Assembly: GCA_963674965.2 (NCBI GenBank)
Contig: CAXXFL010000003.1
Location: 416,001 to 480,000, forward strand
Source of the DNA: a bacterium
GTDB taxonomy: Bacteria > RBG-13-61-14 > DATKZS01
DNA: 64,000 bases
Reading direction: 5' to 3'
Positions 35,775 through 45,641 of the stretch are shown one piece after another. The notes under the pieces are model-generated. The model did not search any database. It saw nothing but the letters and a program-made list of their open reading frames with translations, and was not told the origin of the DNA. Within the stretch, counting starts at the first letter, position 1; each line of letters begins with the position of its first letter. The position numbers and the translations under genes were made by a program.

Positions 35775-37133
35775 ATGAATCCAGCCAGGCTGCATAAGAT
35801 TCAAGAAGGCGTCCCAGGCAACGGCCCGGTCGTTTACTGGATGAGCCGGGACCAGCGCGTGGGAGACAACTGGGCGCTCATCCACGCCCAGGAGACGGCC
35901 CTCCAAATGGAACGGCCCCTGGTCGCCATCTTTTGTCTCTCGACCTCCTTTCTCGGCGCCGCGGCCCGTCAGTACCTTTTCATGCTCGAGGGCCTGGCCG
36001 AGGTCGAGAAGGGCCTGGGCCGTCTCGACGTGGACTTCATCCTCCTTTTCGGCCGACCCGGCGACCGGATACCCCGGTACCTCGAGAACGTTGACGCGTC
36101 CCTTTTAGTGACGGACTTCGATCCCCTCAAGGTTAAGGCCAGGTGGCGCCTCGAGGTGGCCCGGACCGTCCGCGTTCCCTTCCACGAGGTGGACGCCCAT
36201 AACGTGGTTCCCTGCCGCCGCGTCTCGGACAAGGCCGAGTACGGCGCCTATACCATACGGCCCAAGATCGAGCGTCTGCTCGATGAGTTTCTCGATCCCT
36301 TTCCCCGCCTGAAAAAGCACCCTTACCCTTTCATCGGGTCCAGGCGGTCGGTCGACTGGAGCGCGGCGGCCGAGGGTCTCGAGGTTGACTCCTTTCCCGG
36401 CAAGGTGGACTGGATAAAGCCCGGCGAAGTCGAGGCGAAAAAAGCCCTGAGGAAGTTCATCAAGACGGGCCTCGCCTCTTACGGCGAGAGCCGAAACGAT
36501 CCGAACTTGAACGGCCAGTCCAACTTGTCGCCTTATTTCCATTTCGGCCATCTCTCGGCCCAGCGGGCGGCCATGGAGGTCCTGGCCTCCAAGGCCCCGG
36601 ACCAGGCCAGGCGTGACTTCATCGAGGAGTTGGTGATAAGGCGGGAGTTGGCGGACAACTTCTGCCTTTACAACCGCCATTACGACTCGGTGGAGGGCTT
36701 TCCCAACTGGGCGCGTCAAACCCTGGCCGACCACCATGAGGATCCCCGCGAATACTTCTACGAGATGGATTTGCTCGATCGAGGCAAGACCCACGACGAG
36801 CTTTGGAACGCGGCCCAACTGCAGATGGTCAAAACCGGCAAGATGCACGGCTACGCTCGCATGTACTGGGCCAAGAAAATCCTCGAGTGGTCGCCCAACC
36901 CGGAGAGCGCCCTCGCCGCCGCCATTCACCTCAACGACCGCTATTCTCTCGACGGCCGCGACCCAAACGGTTACGCCGGCGTGGCCTGGAGCATCGGCGG
37001 CCTACACGACCGGCCCTGGAAGGAAAGGCCCGTCTTCGGCAAGATACGGTACATGAACCTCAAGGGCGCGAAAAGAAAGTTCGACGTCGAGCGTTACGTG
37101 AAGACCTGGGCCGGCGAGGCAAAAGAGGACTAA
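35775..37133 (+). CDS. phrB: class II CPD photolyase
   Basis: YWMSRDQR..DNWAL, EVDAHNVVP, LSPYFHFG, MHGY.RMYWAKKILEW, DGRDPNGY, HDRPW and KIRYMN motifs. Confidence 0.95.
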   Translation: MNPARLHKIQEGVPGNGPVVYWMSRDQRVGDNWALIHAQETALQMERPLVAIFCLSTSFLGAAARQYLFMLEGLAEVEKGLGRLDVDFILLFGRPGDRIPRYLENVDASLLVTDFDPLKVKARWRLEVARTVRVPFHEVDAHNVVPCRRVSDKAEYGAYTIRPKIERLLDEFLDPFPRLKKHPYPFIGSRRSVDWSAAAEGLEVDSFPGKVDWIKPGEVEAKKALRKFIKTGLASYGESRNDPNLNGQSNLSPYFHFGHLSAQRAAMEVLASKAPDQARRDFIEELVIRRELADNFCLYNRHYDSVEGFPNWARQTLADHHEDPREYFYEMDLLDRGKTHDELWNAAQLQMVKTGKMHGYARMYWAKKILEWSPNPESALAAAIHLNDRYSLDGRDPNGYAGVAWSIGGLHDRPWKERPVFGKIRYMNLKGAKRKFDVERYVKTWAGEAKED

Positions 37134-39328
37134 TCCCGGCGCGGGGCCAGGGCCTTTCTCATCGAGACGGCAATAAGACAAACGATGGTGGACAGGGAGG
37201 ACCAAAGGCCCAGGCGAAACGCTTGGGGCCGATAGGTCATGACCACGCGGCCCTCGCCCGCCTCGAGATTGACCGCCCTGAAGACGTCGTCCCAGGGATG
37301 AATGGCCCGCTCCTCGCCTCCCACCTCGGCCTCCCAACCCGGGAAATACAGATCGGAAAGGACCAGCTCGGCCGGCCCGACCCCTTCCAGCTCGACCCGG
37401 TCGTGGCCGTAGGAGGATATCCTCGCCTCTCCCGTCTCCTCGCCTCGGATAGTCCACGCCCGCGGGTGGGGCGAGACGGCGGCGTAAAGGTTGTAGTCGC
37501 CCTCCTTGATCGGCTTGAAACCCGTGGCCAAAATCGGGCCGTAGGACGCGACGTACTTGACGCCCATCCGGCCAAGAAGCGGATGAGCAAGGTTCTCGGG
37601 CGAGACGTCGAAGCTCCATCCATGGCTGAAGAAGTTCTCCACCGCCCGGTCCATGCCGAAGCCCTCGATCCGGCCCATGGCCTTCACGTAACGATACGGG
37701 TAAAGGCCGTCAAAGGCGCGGAGGTCGTTGACCCCGCTCAAAATGTTCATGCTCTGATGCATCGCGCCGGCTATGCCCGTGAAGCGGGGATGAGTCTCGT
37801 CCAGGGCCGCGGGCCGGAGGACCTCGGGAACGAGAGGATCGCGAAAAGAGAGCATGGCGGGGACCATGGCCGAATTTCGGACCCAGCCAAGAGATAAAAG
37901 CGACAGCTCGAGGACCAGGATGAAGGCCAGGACCGGGGCCAGCCGTCCGGCCGAGCGGGACGTCCCGCTACGCCTGGCCCGAGCGTGGCGAACGATAAAG
38001 GCGCCCGCCAGGCAAAGGCTCAAGAAGGGAGTCATGAACCCGCCCGGCTCCATGCCCCCCAGCCGGGACCTCGCGAAAAGGGCGCCGCCGAACAAGAGCA
38101 ACCCGACGGCGGCCATGGCGACGGAAACGGCCTTCCGGTTCGCCGCCCCCCTCGAGACCCGGTCCACCCCCGCGCCCGCCAGCGTGGCCAGGCAAAGACT
38201 GAAGCAGAACATGGCGAACTTGGCGTTGCCGCTGCGGTTGAAAGGCGGGACCTCGGCGAGGAGCCCGAGCGGCCGCAGGCCGTACACCAGGGAAAGGGAC
38301 AGCGCGCCGAAGCCGATAAAGAAGAGCGACCACCGGGACTGGCCAAAGGGACGCGCCGCGGCGGTCAGGGCCAGCATGAGAGCGGCCGCCCCCGCGTAAG
38401 TGGCGCTGGTGACCCGGGCCGGACTCGCCCCGGAGGGACCGGACAGCCAGGGGGCCGCCAGGCTCCAGACGTATTTTACGTCAAAGGGCGCCAGCTTATG
38501 CAGGTTGGGATCGTGGATATGGAAGCCCTGGCCCAGGTACTCGATGAAGGGAAGGCCCTGGACCAGACAGAGAAGGCCGCCCAGGATGAAGGGCGCGAAA
38601 AAAGCGGGCGCCAGCCAGGAGAGGCCCTCGCCGGCGAGGGAGAAGAAATCGCCCGGGCCGGACGGCCTTTGGTATTTCCGGAAACTCGCGTGGAACAAGG
38701 CGAAGACAAAGACCATGAACGCCGCGTAAAAGACGGCCTCGGGGTTGCCCCCCCCAAAGACCAGACACCAGGCCGCGCCCGAGAAGATGAAGGAAAAAAG
38801 CGTAAACCCCCGGCGCCGTCCCTCCACGATCAGATAAAGAAGGAAGGGGACCCAGACCTCGGAGTTGACGTTCACCATGTTCACGTGCTTCATCATGTAG
38901 CCGGAAAGGGCGATGGCCGCTCCCGAGGCCGCCGCTCCCGCTCGGGAAAGACCAAGCGACCTCGCGAGCAGGAAAGTGAAGGTCCCCAAAAGACCGAGGC
39001 GAAAAAGGACCATAAGGTCCAGCGCCCGGGGATCGGGCCAGATGAAGTAGGGCCATTTGAGGGGTTGGAACACCGAACTCTGAAGGTTGGCCAGGTGCGG
39101 CATGCCCAGGCCCGAGAGGTCGTTCCACAAGGGAAAGCGGCCGGACCTCAAGATACGCGCCGATAAAAGGTCCCAGGGAAAAAAGCTGTAACGCGCCGCC
39201 GGGTCCTCGATGATGGCCGTGTAAAGGTAGTGGCCCGAGGAAAGGGCCTCCCGATGGATAAGCGCGAGCGCCGCCAAAAGGGCGAGAAAAAAAAGACCGG
39301 CCTCGTGGCGACGCTTCATCGGGTCCAT
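37130..39328 (-). CDS. YfhO-like multi-pass membrane protein (GT-C-type)
   Basis: PLWND..GLGMP.LAN, many TM helices, and C-terminal LVLSDLYFPGWEAEVGG...YRP. Start uncertain. Confidence 0.85.
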   Translation of the reverse strand: MDPMKRRHEAGLFFLALLAALALIHREALSSGHYLYTAIIEDPAARYSFFPWDLLSARILRSGRFPLWNDLSGLGMPHLANLQSSVFQPLKWPYFIWPDPRALDLMVLFRLGLLGTFTFLLARSLGLSRAGAAASGAAIALSGYMMKHVNMVNVNSEVWVPFLLYLIVEGRRRGFTLFSFIFSGAAWCLVFGGGNPEAVFYAAFMVFVFALFHASFRKYQRPSGPGDFFSLAGEGLSWLAPAFFAPFILGGLLCLVQGLPFIEYLGQGFHIHDPNLHKLAPFDVKYVWSLAAPWLSGPSGASPARVTSATYAGAAALMLALTAAARPFGQSRWSLFFIGFGALSLSLVYGLRPLGLLAEVPPFNRSGNAKFAMFCFSLCLATLAGAGVDRVSRGAANRKAVSVAMAAVGLLLFGGALFARSRLGGMEPGGFMTPFLSLCLAGAFIVRHARARRSGTSRSAGRLAPVLAFILVLELSLLSLGWVRNSAMVPAMLSFRDPLVPEVLRPAALDETHPRFTGIAGAMHQSMNILSGVNDLRAFDGLYPYRYVKAMGRIEGFGMDRAVENFFSHGWSFDVSPENLAHPLLGRMGVKYVASYGPILATGFKPIKEGDYNLYAAVSPHPRAWTIRGEETGEARISSYGHDRVELEGVGPAELVLSDLYFPGWEAEVGGEERAIHPWDDVFRAVNLEAGEGRVVMTYRPQAFRLGLWSSLSTIVCLIAVSMRKALAPRRD

Positions 39329-39522
39329 TAAAGCCCATACCCGCCCGGCCTGCAAACGGGAACGCCCGCAGCCGCCGGGGCGTTGGCGCTCGATTCGAAA
39401 AAGTCGCGCTGGAAATGGACCTTTCCTTTCTCTTTTGTTTTCCAATGAAGATGAGGTTGAGGGGCGCTGGAGAGTTTATCTTAATATTTCGTCCTTTTGT
39501 AAAAAATTGAAGTTGCCCCTTG

Positions 39523-39540
39523 AAATAACGAGCGTTATTT
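39523..39540. promoter_or_regulatory. perfect 18-bp palindromic operator candidate
   Basis: AAATAACG-AG-CGTTATTT, overlapping a TTGAAA -35-like hexamer (39520) and its spacer. Confidence 0.65.
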
Positions 39541-39721
39541 AGTATGTAATTACTCTACGGTCGAAAAACGATCGTTATCCGGGGAGAAGGAAAACTACTT
39601 TTTCATCAGTAAGGGCGGGGGCAAGGTCCTCCCAGCGGCCGGCGGGCCGGGGCGGTAAAGGGATGGACTCGCGAGAAGTGGACAATAGCCGCGAAAGCGG
39701 AAAAACAAAAGGAACATAACC

Positions 39722-41062
39722 ATGCCGAGAAAAAATCATTCGTCGAAAAAGGCGCCGGCCTTTATCCTGGCGCTGGGGGCCGCGCTGCTTTTCGCCGGAA
39801 GCCCGGCGAGGACGGACGAGACCGGGGCGAAAATGACCATAGGCCGGATCATGGACCAGGTCGTCATACAAGGGTCCAGACTCGAGGCGACCGATGGGAC
39901 CGAGATCGGTTCCCTTCGGCTCATGGCCTTCAAGGACGGCGCGGCCCAATGCGTGCCCTTTCAAATCGACGAGAAGACCAAGGCCGGCGACTACGTGATG
40001 GAGCGGCCAAACGGCAAAAAGGACAAGGACGACGGCAAGCTCGACGCCAACGACGAGTTGGTCTTCATGGCCCACGACGCGGGGGACAAGGGCGACCCCG
40101 CCTCCTCCCTGGAAAACGTCTCGGCCGTTAGCGAGGTTTGCCTCAAGGACCCGAGGAACGGGGCCTCGGGCTGGGCCTACCTGGTGGCCTTCTCGGCCGA
40201 CCCTCCTCCCCTCTCCTCCGTGAGCTACATGAAGTACGAGGAAAAGAAAAACTACGACGAGCTGACCACTCCCTACTACGTCCTCCATTTTCCCAAGAAC
40301 AACGTGTTCATCTCGGACATCATAATCACGCCCGAGGCGGGAGGCAACGGCAAGGACATCATGGACAGGATCAAGATGCGCTCGGGCCTGTCCGCTTTGG
40401 GCGGGGTGGTGGAGATCGAGCGGAACGAGGACGACTTCGTCCATGAAATCCTGGGCGTGTCGCGCGGCCCGGTCAGGATCATCCGCCAGACCTCGACCCG
40501 GATCGTGCTCCTTCTCAGCCTCAAGTCGCCCTCCGTGATCGTCAACGGCAGCTTCTATCCTTGTTCCTTCGAGTTTCCCAGCATGCTCAGCCTGCCCTTC
40601 CGGATGGACATGGTGGCGAGCGACGCCTTTATCCGGCAGGGCTGGGACCTGACCCTCAACGCCAAGGGCCTCAAGTTCTACACCAGCATCAACCCGGACA
40701 AGCCGGTGATCATGGACGGCAAGATGTCGCCCGAGGAGGAGGAACTGGCCAAAAGCCGCGATACCCTTCAATGGGCCCTGGGCACGGGCGAGACGGGAAC
40801 CTTTTTATTCAAGGGCGTCTGGGACGAGTCTTCTCCCATCTCGGCGCTTCTTTACTATGAGGACGACCTGGAGCGCCTCGAGCCTCCCGAGGAAGTACCG
40901 GGGGTCATGGGCTTCGCCTACCGCCTGGAGGACCTCCTGAAAATGGGGGGCGAGGAATACCCCTTTAACATCGTCAACTACGTGGTGCCCAATTTTAACG
41001 GCGACATCGACGACGCCCTGGCCGTGTTCGACCATCCGCTCGAGGTCAAGGTGAAGAACTGA
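39722..41062 (+). CDS. exported hypothetical protein
   Basis: Signal peptide, PFQIDE motif, EF-hand-like DKDDGKLDANDE, GPVRIIR; normal codon usage. Confidence 0.8.
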   Translation: MPRKNHSSKKAPAFILALGAALLFAGSPARTDETGAKMTIGRIMDQVVIQGSRLEATDGTEIGSLRLMAFKDGAAQCVPFQIDEKTKAGDYVMERPNGKKDKDDGKLDANDELVFMAHDAGDKGDPASSLENVSAVSEVCLKDPRNGASGWAYLVAFSADPPPLSSVSYMKYEEKKNYDELTTPYYVLHFPKNNVFISDIIITPEAGGNGKDIMDRIKMRSGLSALGGVVEIERNEDDFVHEILGVSRGPVRIIRQTSTRIVLLLSLKSPSVIVNGSFYPCSFEFPSMLSLPFRMDMVASDAFIRQGWDLTLNAKGLKFYTSINPDKPVIMDGKMSPEEEELAKSRDTLQWALGTGETGTFLFKGVWDESSPISALLYYEDDLERLEPPEEVPGVMGFAYRLEDLLKMGGEEYPFNIVNYVVPNFNGDIDDALAVFDHPLEVKVKN

Positions 41063-41115
41063 ATGGAGGCGACCCCGCCTCCCGCTCCGGCCCGGCCGGA
41101 GGACGAAGGAAAGAC

Positions 41116-42423
41116 ATGGAACTGGAAAGACTCGCGAAACTGAAAACGGACATGGAGAAGTGCTTTCGGTGCTCTCTATGTAAAATGGTGCTCCTCCCGG
41201 TGGCCAACGATCCGGAGTTCACCGACGCCTGCCCGGCGGCGCGGCATTTCAACTTTCACGGCTACTCGGGATCGGGCAAGCAGATCATGGCCCTCTCCCT
41301 GCTCGATAAAAGGATCGAGCTTGACGAGCCCCTGGCCCGGATCACCTACGCCTGCACCGCCTGCGGCTACTGCGACGCGGCCTGCAAGTTCATCATGGAC
41401 GCCGAGCGCCACCAGGTGAACATGGCCCTTCGCGAGGCCCTGGCCAACGCCGGGCTTGCACCCCAGCCGGTCAAGGAGATGATGGAATCCCTCGAGAAAA
41501 GGGGCCACGCCCGCCCGGGGGACGCGCCGCCCATCGACTGGGCCCAGGGACTGGCCCTGAAAAAAATGCCCGCCCAGAAGGCCGACGTTCTCCTCCTGGC
41601 CGGCTCGGCCCGACGCGACCCGGCCGCGGCCGAAAGGGCCAGGAAGATGGCCCAGATCATGATCAAGGCCGGCGTGAACGCGGGAGTACTCGAGGACGAC
41701 GAGCCGCCCCTCGGGCTCGAGGCCTACTGGGCCGGATACATGGACGCCTTTACCAAAATGGCCAGGAAGACGGCCGATCTGTTCGACGGACTGGGCGCGT
41801 CCACCATCGTGGTCATCTCGGGATCGGACCTTGGCGTCATCAGGTCCAAGTACCCCGAGTACGGCGTAAAGACAAACGCCGAGGTCCTCCACGCCTCCGA
41901 GTACCTGGCCCGGCTCAAGGACCAGGGTAGGCTGAGACTCGAGAAATACGTAAGCGTCGCGGCCGCCTATCACGACCCCTGCTACCTGGGCCGGCAGAGC
42001 GAGAAGTACCAGCCATGGGACGGGGTCGAGAAAACCACCCTCGGCGTCATGACCTACCACGACCCGCCCAAGAAGGTGAACCGGGGGACCAAGGGGGTTT
42101 TCGAGGCCCCACGCCGGATAATCGCGGCCGTGGCCGGGGTCCGCTTCCGCGAACTGAAGAGAATCAAAGAGTACTCCTATTGCTGCGGCGGAGGAGGGTG
42201 CGCCCCCCTTTCCAACCCGGAGATGTCCATGGCCGCGGCCCTGCACCGGCTCGAGGAAACGGCCGCGGTCAAGGCCGAGGTCCTGGTCACCTGCTGCTCC
42301 CAGTGCGAGGCCCAGTTCGAGGCGGCCCTGAAAACTGAGGACGCCAGGAAAATGGGCGTGGACAATATCAAGATCATGGACCTTATCGACCTCGCGCACG
42401 AGGCGGAAGGATTGGGGGAATAA
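41116..42423 (+). CDS. (Fe-S)-binding CCG-domain protein, GlcF/HdrD-like
   Basis: CFRCSLC...CP and CTACGYCDAAC clusters; YHDPC, CCGGGG and TCCSQC. Confidence 0.9.
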   Translation: MELERLAKLKTDMEKCFRCSLCKMVLLPVANDPEFTDACPAARHFNFHGYSGSGKQIMALSLLDKRIELDEPLARITYACTACGYCDAACKFIMDAERHQVNMALREALANAGLAPQPVKEMMESLEKRGHARPGDAPPIDWAQGLALKKMPAQKADVLLLAGSARRDPAAAERARKMAQIMIKAGVNAGVLEDDEPPLGLEAYWAGYMDAFTKMARKTADLFDGLGASTIVVISGSDLGVIRSKYPEYGVKTNAEVLHASEYLARLKDQGRLRLEKYVSVAAAYHDPCYLGRQSEKYQPWDGVEKTTLGVMTYHDPPKKVNRGTKGVFEAPRRIIAAVAGVRFRELKRIKEYSYCCGGGGCAPLSNPEMSMAAALHRLEETAAVKAEVLVTCCSQCEAQFEAALKTEDARKMGVDNIKIMDLIDLAHEAEGLGE

Positions 42424-42424
42424 A

Positions 42425-43903
42425 ATGCCGTCATCTATCAAAGACGCGATAGAAAAGCTGGCCGGGAACGCGGGCGTCGAGACGGCCGCGGACCCCTCGG
42501 CCCTCGCGGCCTACGGCCTGGACAACCCACTCATTAAAAACGGGCCCGGCCCCGCGGCCGCCATAATACCCAAGGACGCGGACCAGGTGGCGCGGATCAT
42601 CAAGCTCGCCAATGAGGAAGGGTTCAAGCTGGTCCCCTTTTCCTCGAGCGGCCCTCACGTCAAGGGCGGCGCGTCCTGCAAGGAGGAACACGCGGCGCTC
42701 GACCTTTCATCTTGGAAGGAAATCCCCTGGATCAACAAAAGGAACAGGGTGTGCCTCATCCAGCCGGGCGTCACCTACGGCGAGCTTCTTCAAGCCCTCG
42801 AGCCTCATGGCCTGACCGTCTCCATGCCCCTGGCGCCCAGGAGCGGCAAGAGCGTCCTGGCCGCGGTCATGGACCGGGAGCCCTCGACCTGGCCCAACAA
42901 GCAGTGGGACACGGCTGACCCCGCGGCCAGCACCGAGTTCGTCTTCGGAACGGGCGACGTCTTCCGGACGGGGGCCGCCGCCGCGGCCGGGTCGCTCGAG
43001 AAGCAACGCGAGGCCGGCGGCGCCCAGAAGAGCCCCATGGGCCCCTCCCAGACGGACTTCCACCGGGTGGTGCAGGGAAGCCAGGGCTCGATGGGGGTCG
43101 TCACCTGGATCACGATGAGGACCGAGCAAAAACCCTCGGTCCAGGAGCCCAGGGTACTGGGGGCGGACAAGCTCGAGAAGCTTATCCCCTTCATTTACCG
43201 CGTGCAGCGCTCCTATTTGGGCGAGCACTCCTTCGTCCTCGATCGGAACGCCCTGGCCATGCTCCTGACCATGGACGAGCCGGGGACCTTCGGCGACAGA
43301 AGAAACGCCCTGCCCGAGTACGTCTGTCTCCAGAACCTGGCCGGCTTCAACCGCATGGCCCACGAGCGCGTCGAGTACCAGCTGAAGGATATCGGGGAAC
43401 TGGCGGACAAGAACGGACTCGAGTTGGCCCCGGCCCTCGAGGGCGTGGGCGCGAGGGAACTCCTCGAGGCGGCCACCGCTCCATGCGGCGAAAAGGACTG
43501 GAGACGGTCGCTCAAGGGCCACTGCCTCTCGATCTTTTTTCTCACCACCCTGGACAGGGTCCCCGAGTTCATCGCCAAGGCCGGGGAGGCGGCGAAAGGG
43601 TCCGGCCTGGACCCCGCGTCGCTGGGGACATACGTCCAGCCGGTGGTGCAGAACCACTCGTGCCACCTCGAGTTCATGCTTCCCTATGACCCGGGCGACT
43701 CCTCGGAGGTCGGGCGGGCGGCCGGCTTCGAGGAGAGGGCGGTCAAGTCCCTGATGGAGGGGGGGGCCTTTTTCTCGCGGCCCTACGGCTCGGCGGCCGC
43801 GTCGGTTTTCGAGGCCAACCCTCTTAACCTCGACCTGTTGCGCCGGATCAAGGCCATATTCGATCCCAACCGCTCGCTCAATCCCGGCAAGTTCGGGCTA
43901 TAA
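42425..43903 (+). CDS. FAD-binding oxidoreductase (PCMH/GlcD-GlcE-like)
   Basis: P....QVARIIKLAN, IQPGVTY, GSQGSMGVVT and IKAIFDPNRSLNPGK motifs. Confidence 0.88.
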   Translation: MPSSIKDAIEKLAGNAGVETAADPSALAAYGLDNPLIKNGPGPAAAIIPKDADQVARIIKLANEEGFKLVPFSSSGPHVKGGASCKEEHAALDLSSWKEIPWINKRNRVCLIQPGVTYGELLQALEPHGLTVSMPLAPRSGKSVLAAVMDREPSTWPNKQWDTADPAASTEFVFGTGDVFRTGAAAAAGSLEKQREAGGAQKSPMGPSQTDFHRVVQGSQGSMGVVTWITMRTEQKPSVQEPRVLGADKLEKLIPFIYRVQRSYLGEHSFVLDRNALAMLLTMDEPGTFGDRRNALPEYVCLQNLAGFNRMAHERVEYQLKDIGELADKNGLELAPALEGVGARELLEAATAPCGEKDWRRSLKGHCLSIFFLTTLDRVPEFIAKAGEAAKGSGLDPASLGTYVQPVVQNHSCHLEFMLPYDPGDSSEVGRAAGFEERAVKSLMEGGAFFSRPYGSAAASVFEANPLNLDLLRRIKAIFDPNRSLNPGKFGL

Positions 43904-43916
43904 AAAGGACTGGCAA

Positions 43917-45608
43917 ATGCTTACATCCGATGAAATCAAGGCCCTCGAGGACGTGGTGGGCAAGGAATGGGTGAACGCGGACCCCTGCATGATGGACACC
44001 TACTCGTACTACATGAACCCCGAGATACTCAACCAGGACGGCAGCCTCTGGCTTCCGCGTCCCTCGGCGGTGGCCATGCCCTCCACCACCGAGGAGGTGG
44101 CGGCAATCGTCAGGCTCTGCAACGAGAAGGACATGATGGTCAAGCCCATCTCGACGGGCTGGAGCGCCACGGCGGCGGCCTCCCGCGACAAGGTGGTGGT
44201 GCTCGACCTCAAGCGCATGAACCGGATCGTCGAGATCGACTACGACAACCAGGTGGCGGTGGTCGAGCCCTACGTCAAGGCCATCAACCTCCAGTCCATC
44301 ATCTGGAGGAAGGGACTCAACCTGCACGTGGTGTCCTGCGGCGGCAACCATTCCCCCCTCGCCTCGGTGACCTCGGCCTGGGGAACGGGTCTGGACGGTC
44401 CCTCCATGAGCTACAGCGGCAGGAACCTGCTCGGGGTCGAGTGGGTCCTGCCCACGGGCGACGTCATCGAGCTGGGAAGCAAGGGACACGGCGCGGGATG
44501 GTTCACGGCCGACGGTCCCGGCCCCTCCCTGCGCGGGATCATGCGCGGCTACATGGGCGCCTTCGGCGGCCTGGGCGTTTTCACCAAGGCGGCCGTCAAG
44601 CTCTACAGGTGGGACGGGCCGGCCGAGCTCGAGGTGTCCGGCTGCTCCCCCCATTACGCCATCGAGAACCTGCCCGGAAACGTGGGCCTTTACATGATCA
44701 ACTTTCCCGACTCGAAGTCCCTGGCCGACGCGGGCTACCTGATGGGCGAGGCCGAACTGGCCTACGCCGACTTCCGGTTGCCCGCCTTCATGAGCGCCCT
44801 GGGCGCCACGGAGGACAACCTCGAGCTCAAACAGGTCTGGGACTCGGGGCTGATGCAGAAGGTGGCCCAGTACAACCTCATCGTCTCCATAATCGGCTAC
44901 AGCGCCGGGGAGTTCGAGTGGAAGACGAAGGCCCTGAGGCAAATACTCAATGAAACCGGCGGCGTCAACATGCCCGTTTACGCCGAGACCGACGTGAACA
45001 TGCTAAAGCTCGCGAAGCCGGTCCTGAAGCTCATGAGCGACCCTCTTTTTCTCCTGCGCAAAATGCCCTGGCTCCAGGAGTTCATCCGTAACCTTCCCAT
45101 CAAGGAGGAAAGGAAAAAGTACGCCTTGTCCGATATATTCTGGGTCATGCTCCGCCACGCCATTAACGTACAGGGCAACTTCCGGCCCAGCCAGGCCATG
45201 TTCACCAGCCTGGGGACCTTCGACACCTGGGACCTTGGCCTCAAGCAGGGAGATTGGATAGCCAACCAGAAAAAGAAATACATCGAGCAGGGTCTGTTCC
45301 TGGACGACGGCGGGGACCTGGGATGCGGCGGCACCTTCGAGTACGCCCACATGGGCTACCTGGAGGGGATCGGCCTTTATTCCTCCAAGGACCCCAAGTC
45401 GGTCATGGCCGCGGGCCAGGTCATCGAGGAGGCGGTCCAGGCCTGCGTGGACGAGTCCTTTGGCATTCCCATCGCCGGATTCGGGTCCCACATGAACGCC
45501 AAGCTCGGGCCCCACTCGGGCAACTACCAGGAGTGGATGAAAAAGATCAAGAAGGCCCTCGATCCCAACGTGGCCTCGGACCCCTTCTTCTACTCCGAGC
45601 CGGAATAA
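43917..45608 (+). CDS. FAD-binding oxidoreductase (VAO/PCMH-like)
   Basis: PSTTEEV, LDLKRMNRI, VEPYV, LGVEWVLPTGD, GLGVFTK and IKKALDPN motifs. Confidence 0.88.
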   Translation: MLTSDEIKALEDVVGKEWVNADPCMMDTYSYYMNPEILNQDGSLWLPRPSAVAMPSTTEEVAAIVRLCNEKDMMVKPISTGWSATAAASRDKVVVLDLKRMNRIVEIDYDNQVAVVEPYVKAINLQSIIWRKGLNLHVVSCGGNHSPLASVTSAWGTGLDGPSMSYSGRNLLGVEWVLPTGDVIELGSKGHGAGWFTADGPGPSLRGIMRGYMGAFGGLGVFTKAAVKLYRWDGPAELEVSGCSPHYAIENLPGNVGLYMINFPDSKSLADAGYLMGEAELAYADFRLPAFMSALGATEDNLELKQVWDSGLMQKVAQYNLIVSIIGYSAGEFEWKTKALRQILNETGGVNMPVYAETDVNMLKLAKPVLKLMSDPLFLLRKMPWLQEFIRNLPIKEERKKYALSDIFWVMLRHAINVQGNFRPSQAMFTSLGTFDTWDLGLKQGDWIANQKKKYIEQGLFLDDGGDLGCGGTFEYAHMGYLEGIGLYSSKDPKSVMAAGQVIEEAVQACVDESFGIPIAGFGSHMNAKLGPHSGNYQEWMKKIKKALDPNVASDPFFYSEPE

Positions 45609-45641
45609 ACGCGGCAAAGCATAGAGAGGACCGGATACAAT

